Virus record (IMG/VR): IMGVR_UViG_3300013426_000002
Coordinates: 32,001 to 96,000 of that record
Source of the DNA: a virus
Length of the DNA stretch: 64,000 bases
Reading direction: 5' to 3' (one strand)
Shown here piece after piece: positions 36,913 to 46,987 of the stretch. The translations under genes were made by a program, and so were the position numbers. Below the pieces are notes generated by a model. That model was not told where the DNA came from. It made no database searches and was given only the letters and a program-made list of their open reading frames with translations. The first letter of the stretch is position 1; each line of letters starts with the position of its first letter.

Positions 36913-39900
36913 TTAGATTAATGAATATCTGTATGCTGTACTAATATAAGGAAGCTTGAAAGTATTACCACCATTACAGTCATACTTGTAATGGCATATT
37001 AGATATTTTCCTTTCATCCTATCTCTATACGACTTATTTACTAATTCTTCAGCTTCATTTAACTCTCTACTACTACGAGGAATACAGAATTTGTAAGTAT
37101 CTTCCCTATAATCTATATCATCTTGAGTAAGAGTAAAACTAGTTTGTCTTTTGGTTTCAAAGTATATATTATCAAAGTTAGTTTTGTAAGTAAAGTCTCC
37201 ACCATATTCTACATTATCAAACGTTTTAGTTTGAGGATACTTATCGTTTACAATAAATCTAACATAAGATACTTTGTCATTACCAGTAAACATGTCTAAC
37301 TCGTTGCCAGAATTATATTTAAATACAGCCAATCCTTTGTATATAATTAATTTATCTGTGAATTCAGCGTACCAATCTGGTTTATATGTATAAAATGAAG
37401 TGAATGCACCAACCTGTTCATTGAACACTAATGTTTTATCTTCTAAAGTAAGCAATACTTCATTGTATTTTTTATCATATACAGATATAGGATCATTTGT
37501 AATAATACTTTTATTATCGTGTAAATAAGATTGTACACCTTTTAATTTAGATACAGTACGTAATTGATTATCAAAACCACATATTTCATTTCTATCTGCG
37601 TCATACCAGTATACAGTACTATCAGATTGTGTTGCAGTTCTTAATTGATTTTCTTTAGAACCATTCTTAGTAGTTAGATAATCGTATCGAGTTAATACAC
37701 CCCCTGTACCTAAAGTAAGAGCACTAGCATTATTATCTTGAATAAGAGAACGTTCGTTTACAGCAAGTGTGCCAAAAGCGTCAGTTTGCCAAAACAATAG
37801 ATTATTCTTAAACAGTTTCATGTTGTTTATAGAACCGAATCTAGTATCTACATCCAGATAATTAGCAACCCTAAATTTAGTCCATGAATCAGTTACCTCA
37901 AGATTCGTCTTTGGTTCTGAATTCATTACTCTTGTATCTGTATGAAGATTATCTATACTGTAGATAGATTTACTAACATAATTCTTTACTCTAGGTTGTG
38001 CAGAATAAGCGTCATTGTAAGCGTATAATGGTGTGTTCTGTACGTAGATAGTACCAACTTGAACTATGTCATTCTCTGCGAAATGATTAGCATAACCAGT
38101 ACCTGATTCGTATGTTTTAGAAGTAGATACTGTATCTGTTCTCAGTGAAAGATTAACAGAAGATTCTAATGGGATATACGCACCATTATAAACTCTATTT
38201 CTTTCGTTATCTGGCTGCTCATAGTTATCACTAGCATTGTGATATGCAAACATACCATTAGCATAATCTAATACACCTACGTAAGTATCTCCACCAAATA
38301 CGTTAGCTTTTGTACTTCCTGTAACATCTTTTAAATTTATATAATTACCAGTGCTAATGTAAGTAGAATTCTGTCTTGCTGCATAACTATTTCCGCCATA
38401 TGGAGTTACAGATTGCTTTAAATTTGCAATAAGAATCGCATTAGCTGTTTCCGCACCACCTGTTATTAAAGCATTATGTTGTGTCATAGTGTCACTTTGA
38501 AATATGGCACAGACGCCGTGAGGACCAACTTTGCGTACATTGTTATCATCATAGTCAGTAGCCCTTGAAACATCACCGTACATCCAGTTGTAGTAAACCA
38601 TGCTGCCAATGTTGGTAGCTTTAGTTTTCCAAGCGTCATTATCTAAATCAAAAGGATCTGTATTTGTTGCTATTGCTATACTCTGGATTGTAGCAGAATC
38701 GAAATTACCTGTATTCTTATTATAGTATTTAGCTAGAGTTGCATCATACCAAGCTTCTGCACCCATGTAAATAGCATTATTTGCAGTAGATTTTTTCATT
38801 GAATCGCCTAATGCATCAGCATATTCAAATGCCCAACCTGAGTTTTTAGCCCAACTCGTAGTGGTATTTGTTGATATAGTTTTAAGATCGTGTTTAGAAG
38901 CTTTTGCGCCTACTAATACTTTAGCTTTATTATCACTTACATCTACTGTATTCTTAGCAGGAGTACCGTTACCCATGTCACCATCTGGAGTAATAGCAGA
39001 TTTTAAGCTATAGATACCTTTTACTTCAGTAGCTCTGTTAGTTATTTCTGCTGCATTTTCTCTATTAACACATATGTCTGGTGATATAAACATAAAATAC
39101 TCACTAGCATTTTGACTACTAAAATCAAATGCGTGAGCATATTTGTTATTCTGTGACACTAACCCGTGTGTTGAAGCGTACGTGAGATAAGGAAAAGCAG
39201 TTAAGATGTTTGTATTATCATAGTTACAAACACAGCTTACAGCTCCTTGCATAAGGATTGTTCTATCAGAAATAGTTCTTTCACATCGTACTATTTCGTA
39301 ACCCGTAATCTTCTTACTCTGGATTAAATCACTTGGGATATTAACAGTAAATTGAATACCTAACGGGTGAGTAACAACCTCTAAACTATTAGTAGTAGTA
39401 CCACCAATATTAACACGCATACCTGAAGTAAAGATGTTATAACCTGGTGTATTACCTTTAGGGAATTTTATATCTGCAATCCAATGAGCTGAAGATGCTA
39501 TATTTTCTTCATTATAAAACACAATAGCAAAGCGGTATATTTCATCACGCATATAACTTCTTGCCAGAGATTCTACTTCACTGTTACTGTAATTTAATAC
39601 TTTTGCAGTAGAATCAGCAAATGATAAAGAACCAGCATCTGCCCAAGAACCATCTTCCTCAATTGTGTACAAATCTAAAGCAGATGCTGTACGTGCTTTC
39701 GCACTTAAATCGAATGAATCTTCTGCATAGCCAGTTCTTGAAGTAGGTGCATCACTTTCTATTAAGTTTGTCTTTATGAATCTGTATGAAACATTTACAC
39801 CAGTACCACCGTATACATATTTGCCCGTAGAATCAACTGCGTACAGATATTCACTTGTATCATCGTAATTTGCAGGACATATGCAGTCGTGGTCAATATC

Positions 39901-41025
39901 AGGTGTCTTAGTTCCATTTAGTAACTCTGTTACAGAACAAGTAAATGCAGCTTTACCTGAAGTAGATGTAAGCAATATTTGACCTGATTTATCACATCTA
40001 AACGCTCTTGCATCAAATTCTTCATCACTTATATCCCATGTTTGTTCAGTAATATTAGCAGCAAATAACATATTGTCTTTAGATTCCAATACTTTGGGTG
40101 TAAACAAATAAGTACTTAAACCATTGAATTCTTCTAAAGTAAGCTCATCAATTACAGAACCACCTTTATCCTCATATATCAATGTGCTGTTTGATATACT
40201 TATTTCATCTATAACAGTTATTACTGGTTCTGCAGTATTGCTAGAGTAATATATAGAAATGATTCGTGCTCTACTAAAAGAGCTAGTATCAACAGTAGTT
40301 TGTAACTTAATGGATTTGTTAGTAATTTCTTCTTTGGTACTTCCATAAATATCGTGACTGTTAGTATTTTCTAGAGTTTTTGATACAGTGATGATAGGAG
40401 ATAATACTGATACAGATGTTTCTGATGTTCTTGGATTAAACAATTGATAGCAGTATTGATACTTACCTGCTTTAAGACCACCTGTACCTAAACCTTTAAA
40501 AAATAAAGGTGGTAATTGACTTTTAGGTGAGATATTTAAAGCATCGACATTCAAATTAGGATGAGTTGTAGCCACATTTAACACCCTTATTTGATGTTTG
40601 CCGTCGCACCAGTATATTTTTACTAAATCGTCAGACTCCCATTTACATACACTACTAACTGCATAATGACCATCAACTGATGGAATATCTAATGCCGCAC
40701 CAGTAGCTATGGTAGTTACTACAGGGTCTGTTTCTGATGCACCAAAGTCATACCTATAGATATTGAAGTTAGAACCTTTTTTTGTAAAAACAATTGCCCA
40801 ATCTCTAATAGTATTTATATGAACGATGGTTTCCCCACTTAAATTTAAAGTAGGATTAAGTCTCAATACACCTTCAATATTTTGCATTACCCCAGTAGAA
40901 CAAGCATCATTAGCGATGATACGAATGTTTTCTGCCCATTGATACTGGTCTGAACTTATGACCGAATAATCTAAATCACAGTTCATACCTTTTATCCATG
41001 TATTTGTTTGTCTTTGTGCATTCAT
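36913..41025 (-). CDS. Large tail structural protein (hub/muzzle-type), function not assignable
   Basis: At 1370 aa it is the largest ORF of the tail block. It has a beta-rich Ser/Thr/Asn/Tyr composition and a 1-nt overlap with the upstream gene. No catalytic motif was seen. Confidence 0.45.
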   Translation of the reverse strand: MNAQRQTNTWIKGMNCDLDYSVISSDQYQWAENIRIIANDACSTGVMQNIEGVLRLNPTLNLSGETIVHINTIRDWAIVFTKKGSNFNIYRYDFGASETDPVVTTIATGAALDIPSVDGHYAVSSVCKWESDDLVKIYWCDGKHQIRVLNVATTHPNLNVDALNISPKSQLPPLFFKGLGTGGLKAGKYQYCYQLFNPRTSETSVSVLSPIITVSKTLENTNSHDIYGSTKEEITNKSIKLQTTVDTSSFSRARIISIYYSSNTAEPVITVIDEISISNSTLIYEDKGGSVIDELTLEEFNGLSTYLFTPKVLESKDNMLFAANITEQTWDISDEEFDARAFRCDKSGQILLTSTSGKAAFTCSVTELLNGTKTPDIDHDCICPANYDDTSEYLYAVDSTGKYVYGGTGVNVSYRFIKTNLIESDAPTSRTGYAEDSFDLSAKARTASALDLYTIEEDGSWADAGSLSFADSTAKVLNYSNSEVESLARSYMRDEIYRFAIVFYNEENIASSAHWIADIKFPKGNTPGYNIFTSGMRVNIGGTTTNSLEVVTHPLGIQFTVNIPSDLIQSKKITGYEIVRCERTISDRTILMQGAVSCVCNYDNTNILTAFPYLTYASTHGLVSQNNKYAHAFDFSSQNASEYFMFISPDICVNRENAAEITNRATEVKGIYSLKSAITPDGDMGNGTPAKNTVDVSDNKAKVLVGAKASKHDLKTISTNTTTSWAKNSGWAFEYADALGDSMKKSTANNAIYMGAEAWYDATLAKYYNKNTGNFDSATIQSIAIATNTDPFDLDNDAWKTKATNIGSMVYYNWMYGDVSRATDYDDNNVRKVGPHGVCAIFQSDTMTQHNALITGGAETANAILIANLKQSVTPYGGNSYAARQNSTYISTGNYINLKDVTGSTKANVFGGDTYVGVLDYANGMFAYHNASDNYEQPDNERNRVYNGAYIPLESSVNLSLRTDTVSTSKTYESGTGYANHFAENDIVQVGTIYVQNTPLYAYNDAYSAQPRVKNYVSKSIYSIDNLHTDTRVMNSEPKTNLEVTDSWTKFRVANYLDVDTRFGSINNMKLFKNNLLFWQTDAFGTLAVNERSLIQDNNASALTLGTGGVLTRYDYLTTKNGSKENQLRTATQSDSTVYWYDADRNEICGFDNQLRTVSKLKGVQSYLHDNKSIITNDPISVYDKKYNEVLLTLEDKTLVFNEQVGAFTSFYTYKPDWYAEFTDKLIIYKGLAVFKYNSGNELDMFTGNDKVSYVRFIVNDKYPQTKTFDNVEYGGDFTYKTNFDNIYFETKRQTSFTLTQDDIDYREDTYKFCIPRSSRELNEAEELVNKSYRDRMKGKYLICHYKYDCNGGNTFKLPYISTAYRYSLI

Positions 41026-41990
41026 TATCTGTTACTGTTATAAATTATTTGACGCTCTCCCGTATGACTGTAGAAAGTATTATGATCTCTAAATTCAGGA
41101 ACAATTTTATTCCAATTGTTTTTTATAGATTCCAAACCGTCTTCATTTGGCATTAATGCTTCGGCATATGCTTGATTTCTATAAAAATTCCAAGACCTGC
41201 GAATATCATAATAGATCTCTCTATTCATTCTACCATTAAGATAATCTGGATACTTTAGTTTCATCGTGACATACCAATACAAAGCTTCAGTGTATGAAGT
41301 CATATCAGGAATTAAAGCGTAACCATCTTCATCTGTGTAAATTCCACTGTATGATAGTTTAAGATAACCACACGGAGCATTGCACATGATATAACCGGGT
41401 TTAACTGTATATTGTATACCCAAACTAGGATTTGCCGTATCAAAATGAAAAGGATGATGGTCACCAGTAGTATATTGATTAATTAGATTAGATACTATGG
41501 TCCTGAGGTTTTGATTTGTATTAAGCATTTCAATTGCCTCAGTTTTATCAATATTGCCATACATATCTACTACTAAATTAACCATCACGTCATTTTGTAC
41601 AATCATATTGGGATCACAATGTTCACATTTGCAGTCATGTCTACATTCCTTAGTACGACCAAAATGATCACAACAATCATGACAACAATCGTCATAATCC
41701 CATACAGCAAATGAACCTGTGGCTTTCCTTGTTGGAAACCACGGTCCATCACAATTAAATGAATATGCTACTTGATGAAGTTGATGTAAATCACATGGTA
41801 TTTGTGCTTGATGGTTATGTATTTCTACTGTTGTTACTTTGGGTTCTAATTGAGTAATTGCACCAATTTTTTCCATTCCCTCCGCAATCCATTCGCGCAC
41901 ATCGGTGATTTTTATATCATCTTCTTTCAAATCAAGGTCTGCAATTATCTTAGCTATGACAGTTTTTGTTGATGTTAATTTCGTTATCAT
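41025..41990 (-). CDS. Cys/His-cluster tail-module protein
   Basis: 321 aa. It contains WDYDDCCHDCCDHFGRTKECRHDCKCEHCDPN, which has 10 Cys and 5 His in 32 residues, and a later CNAPCGY segment. Confidence 0.45.
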   Translation of the reverse strand: MITKLTSTKTVIAKIIADLDLKEDDIKITDVREWIAEGMEKIGAITQLEPKVTTVEIHNHQAQIPCDLHQLHQVAYSFNCDGPWFPTRKATGSFAVWDYDDCCHDCCDHFGRTKECRHDCKCEHCDPNMIVQNDVMVNLVVDMYGNIDKTEAIEMLNTNQNLRTIVSNLINQYTTGDHHPFHFDTANPSLGIQYTVKPGYIMCNAPCGYLKLSYSGIYTDEDGYALIPDMTSYTEALYWYVTMKLKYPDYLNGRMNREIYYDIRRSWNFYRNQAYAEALMPNEDGLESIKNNWNKIVPEFRDHNTFYSHTGERQIIYNSNR

Positions 41991-41996
41991 AGTCTT

Positions 41997-42455
41997 TTAT
42001 AATTCTACGTAATCTCTTACGTGTTCCTTTAATATTTGTGCCAGATGTCTCTTGTTATCTCTAGTCATAACTAACTGATACTTAGTTTTATTTTTAGTAA
42101 GCATATTTTGCTTATTCCAATAAAAACGATATTTGTATCCTCCAGTATGTTCATTTAAATGATATATAACTTTATTATATTTTTTACTCTCGGCATAATC
42201 CATTCTTAAACTTTTACCAGTATATTCCTTGGGTTTATGTTTTACTATGGATAATGTACCCATTCTACAAGGTAATCTGACCTCTTTTCCATTTTCAATT
42301 ATCTCATCTCTTAAGTATCTAAAATAATCTGAAACAATTTGTCTAAATACTTTATAAGAAACTTGATATAATGGATTGTCTTCTACATAATTACAATAAC
42401 TATCGTAGAAATCAGCAATCGTATAAGCTTTTCTGTTGTATTTAGTTTCTTGCAT
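41997..42455 (-). CDS. HU/IHF-like DNA-binding protein candidate
   Basis: 152 aa. FRQIVSDYFRYLRDEIIENGKEVRLPCRMGTLSIVKHKPK fits the HU/IHF pattern F..I...I......G..V.L.G.G.F.V..R. An IHF-like gene inside the structural block is characteristic of crAss-like phages. Confidence 0.45.
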   Translation of the reverse strand: MQETKYNRKAYTIADFYDSYCNYVEDNPLYQVSYKVFRQIVSDYFRYLRDEIIENGKEVRLPCRMGTLSIVKHKPKEYTGKSLRMDYAESKKYNKVIYHLNEHTGGYKYRFYWNKQNMLTKNKTKYQLVMTRDNKRHLAQILKEHVRDYVEL

Positions 42456-43098
42456 TCAGTTCGTTATTAACGTCGTTCGTACTATTGTTTGTAGTATCAC
42501 TAGGGACTCGTAACATGATATTTAATTCTCTTTCAAATATCATTTGTTTAATCGTGGGTATCATATTTGCTGGTACTGGGTATGGAGTATTATCCCTATC
42601 AAAACATTCACCAGCTTGTGTTGGATCTTCTAGTACACCTTCTATTTTCACATATTCTAAATGCTCAGGACCTAGTATATATAAATAATTACCTTTTATG
42701 TATGCTATGTAATCATTGCAAGTGTATTTTCTACTTGTTTGATACTTGGCTTTAGTTTCTGTACCCAGCTGAATTAAATTACCATTCATATCTTTTACAG
42801 CAACTAAACCTGAACCAAAATGTAAATCAATAAAATTGGGTATTTCTTCATCAGATTTGTAATTATACCCACCAGCGCAATTACTTACTTTAGATATATG
42901 CAGAGGTCCTATAGTCTGTACATAATCCTGATTTACATCTCTACCTTTATCTAAGTCTTGTTTAATTAAATATGCTCTGTATTGGTGTATCCATTGTTCT
43001 ATTTGTATACGGGATAGCTTTTCACTTTCGCTAACATCACTATCACGTATAGTAAGGGTAATATCATCTATTATAGTATTTAATGAATTAAATGTCAT
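42442..43098 (-). CDS. Tail-module protein, unknown function
   Basis: 218-aa ORF tightly packed between neighbours. No motif was recognised. Confidence 0.45.
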   Translation of the reverse strand: MTFNSLNTIIDDITLTIRDSDVSESEKLSRIQIEQWIHQYRAYLIKQDLDKGRDVNQDYVQTIGPLHISKVSNCAGGYNYKSDEEIPNFIDLHFGSGLVAVKDMNGNLIQLGTETKAKYQTSRKYTCNDYIAYIKGNYLYILGPEHLEYVKIEGVLEDPTQAGECFDRDNTPYPVPANMIPTIKQMIFERELNIMLRVPSDTTNNSTNDVNNELNARN

Positions 43099-43108
43099 AA
43101 TTAATCAT

Positions 43109-43765
43109 TTAAACTGTTTCTACATACAGACCAACAAGAGCAGATAAATCGTGTACAAGCGGTTGTCCACTGTCTCTTGTGCATTTGTAAATTACACCAT
43201 TCTGAATATAATACTTATCTTTAAATATCTCCATAGGTGGTATATAAGAAATAGGATCATCAATAGCACCTGCATGTTCTTCATCTACTGTTTTCCATAA
43301 ACTTGCAGTAGCCATAGAAGGTTTCCAATTATCTTGAGTAGTATGTTCTTTGATACATTCCCAAAGAATATCATCAGATAAATATCTTTCTCCTACTTTA
43401 ACAGTAATACCAGCAACCCATTCAGGATAACGGTCTTTTACCTGTAATGCTTCACTTGGAGTTAACTCGTATGTGTTTATATTATTAGTTACTTTTTCAT
43501 CAAGGATGTTCAAAGCCAGTATACGACTAAAATCTCTGTTAATTACAGGTTCTTCTCCTTCTGGATAAGTCCATTCTTCGCTTGATAAAAGGTCAATAAA
43601 CTTTGTGTCACTAAACGAATATCTTGGAAAATCTTCGTCACTAAATGGTAACAGCATCTCTTCGTGCAGGATCACTTTGCTTTGATCTACACTTGTTCTC
43701 ATTTCGGGTAAAATCTCAATACCGTGGGACTTTGCCCATACAATGTCTACAATTGCGTATGTCAT
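43109..43765 (-). CDS. Carbohydrate-binding (CBM5/12-like) tail-associated protein
   Basis: There are two Trp/Tyr-framed segments of the chitin-binding type. The first is VKVGERYLSDDILWECIKEHTTQDNWKPSMATASLWK and the second is KDKYYIQNGVIYKCTRDSGQPL. Confidence 0.4.
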   Translation of the reverse strand: MTYAIVDIVWAKSHGIEILPEMRTSVDQSKVILHEEMLLPFSDEDFPRYSFSDTKFIDLLSSEEWTYPEGEEPVINRDFSRILALNILDEKVTNNINTYELTPSEALQVKDRYPEWVAGITVKVGERYLSDDILWECIKEHTTQDNWKPSMATASLWKTVDEEHAGAIDDPISYIPPMEIFKDKYYIQNGVIYKCTRDSGQPLVHDLSALVGLYVETV

Positions 43766-43767
43766 AA

Positions 43768-45924
43768 TTATTTTGCTTTTAGGGTTTGTAAATAGATGTA
43801 GGCTTTTATCATATCTTCTTTGGATAGGTATTTGCCATTAAAGAAAGCAATATTCTTTAGAGCCAATTGAGCATATTTATCGCCATTAATTCCAATGTTT
43901 AGTGAACCAACACTTGATTCAGTTGTTTGTTCTTCCCTTTGTAAGTATTCTACCCAATTGCTATCATAAACTCTACCGTCAGAACAAAATGCTTTCAATG
44001 ATTTTGTAGGGTAATTTTTCACTTTCATAGTAGAATTTAAGAACAACTGAGTTCCTGTAACAGCATTATAAACAAAGAAGGAATTTGGTTTGACTATTCC
44101 GGCTGCCACGTTAACACTGTCCAGAAGTTCCCACTCTCCTACAACGGTAAAATCTTTATTTACATTAAATTTTGCTGATTCAATTTTATCATCCACCCCG
44201 TCAGTCACTAAATAACCTTCGTGATCGGGGATTTGCTCAACAGTAACAGTAGTACCTTCTGCATTTGGAACGGCGCAATACGTCCTAATATATAGTCGAA
44301 GTTGATTACCTGAACCTGTCATAGTGTGATCAATCTGATAAGTACCATCTTTATCAAATTCATATATAATATTAGAATCTCCCGTATACCCCTCCATTAC
44401 ACGAACTATCCAATTCGTTGTCAATCCTGTAATCTTTAACTTGAATTGAAATTTCGTTCCAATTGAAACTTCGGATGAGTATAAATTACAAGTAGATATC
44501 GATTGATTGACTGGCATTACAGCTACAAATTTGTTATATTGTTTGCTTACGTTTGTAGCAGCTCCGTTATCTATACCCCATTCATTCCAATTGTAAGCAT
44601 ACTCCCCATATCCACTATTCCCAGCAAACCCAAAGTTTGACAAAACAAGGTTATTACCATTACCCGTAATGTTGGCAATGGTAGCTCTACCTGTGTCTTC
44701 GTTGGTTTTGCCTGTTACCGTCCAAGCCTGATCAAAGAACAACCAAGGATATTCTTTTTTATACCAATTGAGGACTTTTGTGTCTTCTTCGTCGGTTGTG
44801 AAATGACCGTTACAAATTACTTGTCCAGCGATGGCAGCTTTGGCGTATTCCATCTTAGAACTCGTTGTCCATAGATAATATAATCCCGGATTTTCAACCA
44901 AAGAATTAGCATCTACAACAATTGTCTCCCCTGTTAACAAGTTTTTTGCAACCATTTGAGTAGGCGTTCTTTTACAAGCAATAAGATTAAATCCATTAGA
45001 GAATTCTACAATTGCGCGTGTTCCTGCGGAATAATACATAAGCTTGTTCAGATTTTGATATTGAACATAAAAATCTTTTTTATAAGCCTTTCCACACAGT
45101 AACATATTCCTTGCCGGATCTTCCTGAAACGGAATAAATGCAGTATATACAGTATATGTATCTTCAAAATCCAAATCCTTTTCGGTAACTGCACAATCAT
45201 CTACACCGTCACCTATGATAAAGCCGAGGTAATAAGGAAGCTGCTCAATGGTGATAGGAGTTGTTAACGTCAAAGGATTCTCTATTGTACCTTGCGAAGA
45301 AACAGCAAATATATAAATTAATCCATCTTCTTGATTTGGAATATCAACATCATAAATGCCATCTGTGTTAATGGTAATCCTATTATCAAAATCCTTACTA
45401 CTATACATTCTTAGCAATCGGATTTCGCCGCTATTTATAGAATCACTAACTCCTGTTATTTTTAATCGACACTTAAATTGTGCCAATCTGATAACGGCAT
45501 TTACTCTGGAATTATCTATTTTCTCTATATACAAGGTGTCAGAAGAAATTTTAGCATTGACATTAGCCCCCGAATAATTTAAAATAGATTTTTTTGTAAA
45601 ATCATAATCATACCCATTACATCCAGACATTCCACTCCAAGCGAAATTCTTGAAAGTCAAGAACCTGCCCTTTCCATCTGCATCCTCCAAACTTGGATTC
45701 TTGGACATCTGTTCATTGGTGAGCCCTTTAAAGCTCCATCTCGTTACATCACCAGGTAATGTTGGGAAGGCATCTTCAGGAGTATATAGACCGTATTTAC
45801 GTTGAGCCTGTTCCTCCATCAGTTTAATGTAATCTGTATACCATTGCTTATAATCTAATACAGGACCTGCTACACTTATAGACTTATCAGTATCTTCTAC
45901 ATGTGTTACATAATGTTTCTTCAT
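43768..45924 (-). CDS. Tail fibre/spike protein with two LamG (concanavalin-like) jelly-roll modules
   Basis: An internal duplication is visible: TIEQLPYYLGFIIGDGVDDCAVTE versus TVEQIPDHEGYLVTDGVDDKIESA. DG-x-DD-x-hydrophobic is the hallmark start of Laminin_G_3-type domains. Confidence 0.5.
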   Translation of the reverse strand: MKKHYVTHVEDTDKSISVAGPVLDYKQWYTDYIKLMEEQAQRKYGLYTPEDAFPTLPGDVTRWSFKGLTNEQMSKNPSLEDADGKGRFLTFKNFAWSGMSGCNGYDYDFTKKSILNYSGANVNAKISSDTLYIEKIDNSRVNAVIRLAQFKCRLKITGVSDSINSGEIRLLRMYSSKDFDNRITINTDGIYDVDIPNQEDGLIYIFAVSSQGTIENPLTLTTPITIEQLPYYLGFIIGDGVDDCAVTEKDLDFEDTYTVYTAFIPFQEDPARNMLLCGKAYKKDFYVQYQNLNKLMYYSAGTRAIVEFSNGFNLIACKRTPTQMVAKNLLTGETIVVDANSLVENPGLYYLWTTSSKMEYAKAAIAGQVICNGHFTTDEEDTKVLNWYKKEYPWLFFDQAWTVTGKTNEDTGRATIANITGNGNNLVLSNFGFAGNSGYGEYAYNWNEWGIDNGAATNVSKQYNKFVAVMPVNQSISTCNLYSSEVSIGTKFQFKLKITGLTTNWIVRVMEGYTGDSNIIYEFDKDGTYQIDHTMTGSGNQLRLYIRTYCAVPNAEGTTVTVEQIPDHEGYLVTDGVDDKIESAKFNVNKDFTVVGEWELLDSVNVAAGIVKPNSFFVYNAVTGTQLFLNSTMKVKNYPTKSLKAFCSDGRVYDSNWVEYLQREEQTTESSVGSLNIGINGDKYAQLALKNIAFFNGKYLSKEDMIKAYIYLQTLKAK

Positions 45925-45926
45925 AC

Positions 45927-46385
45927 TTATAAGTTATTTATTGTTATTGTTATTTTCTCATTATTATTTGTTGCCTTTTGAAGCATTGGTAGCAATTTGT
46001 TATAAGCTGCCGTAGAATTAGATATCCAATCTTCAGTAATACCATCCCATGTACCTACTAATATACATCCTTCTGTGTCAGCTGTTTTATTCCCGGTATG
46101 TATACGTATACCTAAGAAATGAGGTACATTAAGTATTTCAGGCATGATGCGTTTAAAACGATTAGAATAGCTTAATTTCACTTCATACGTACCAGCAGGT
46201 ACAGCAGTATTACCATATACTTTTTCTTTACATTTGCATTCTTTACCTTTAGGTGTGTTTGGGCAGGTTTCAGGTAATGGTCTTACTGGATCTTCAAGGG
46301 TATCACATATATAAATACCATCTACATGCAATTCCCCAATCGTGTATTTGTTAGTACGAAATATTCTATCTAATACTAATTCCAT
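45927..46385 (-). CDS. DUF5675-like small protein
   Basis: 152 aa. The pattern YTIGELHVDGIYICDTLEDPVR...TAVPAGTYEVKLSYSNRFKRIMPEILNVPHFLGIRIHTGN...DTEGCILVG matches the DUF5675 family as I remember it. Its function is unknown. Confidence 0.4.
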   Translation of the reverse strand: MELVLDRIFRTNKYTIGELHVDGIYICDTLEDPVRPLPETCPNTPKGKECKCKEKVYGNTAVPAGTYEVKLSYSNRFKRIMPEILNVPHFLGIRIHTGNKTADTEGCILVGTWDGITEDWISNSTAAYNKLLPMLQKATNNNEKITITINNL

Positions 46386-46720
46386 TAGATTATACTTTTA
46401 GCTACACTTGCTTTCAATTTAGATCTAAAGTCTAAGAAGTCTTCATATCTCTTCTTACAGTTTTCATCTTCTGTTAAACCTAATTGAAATGCAAAATAAT
46501 CATTTAACATCTTTAATTGATAGTTAACATCCCAATTGTCGATCAATACATTTCTGATAATAGAATCATCATTTACATTTGATTCATTAATTATTACCTG
46601 TTCACATTCATAATACGTAGAATCACCATCTTTTACTTCTTTAATATTGTAATTGAAAGCGTAAGAATGATCATCTAACTTCTGTATCATTTCAGGACGT
46701 TCATCATACTGTGATTTCAT
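46385..46720 (-). CDS. Hypothetical acidic protein
   Basis: 111-aa ORF with an ATGA-type junction to the downstream gene. It is Asp/Glu/Asn-rich and has no motif. Confidence 0.5.
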   Translation of the reverse strand: MKSQYDERPEMIQKLDDHSYAFNYNIKEVKDGDSTYYECEQVIINESNVNDDSIIRNVLIDNWDVNYQLKMLNDYFAFQLGLTEDENCKKRYEDFLDFRSKLKASVAKSII

Positions 46721-46858
46721 ATCTATTATTCTTTTTATAAAGTATTACAAAAGGATAACCTTTTAAATTACTTTCTATTAATAACCTTAATAATCTTGTA
46801 CTTTTATTTTATTAGTTATTTTTTGGCAAGAGCCAAGGTCATGTCGAAACCCGATAAA

Positions 46859-46929
46859 AATTTTATGAGAGCTGTAATTAGCATTTGTAGAAGCTACTGA
46901 ATTATTCGAATTCACGTAACCGAGGCTAG
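46859..46929 (-). repeat. DGR template repeat (TR) candidate
   Basis: It is a non-coding copy of the target gene's 3' end, 141 nt downstream of the VR. It is collinear over 69-71 nt. All but one of the differences from the VR fall on adenines of this copy. It is rich in AAT, TAC, AGC and ACA codons. Confidence 0.8.
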
Positions 46930-46987
46930 CAAAAGAGCCAATATACGCAAGACCACTGCTTTTCACCCGACATCAACCTGTTTACAT

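Noticed and set aside
46385-46720. The 111-aa ORF downstream of the TR as the DGR accessory protein Avd
   Set aside because: The size fits, but the protein is strongly acidic and Asn/Asp-rich with predicted beta/loop character. Avd is a basic four-helix bundle. There is no supporting similarity visible by eye.
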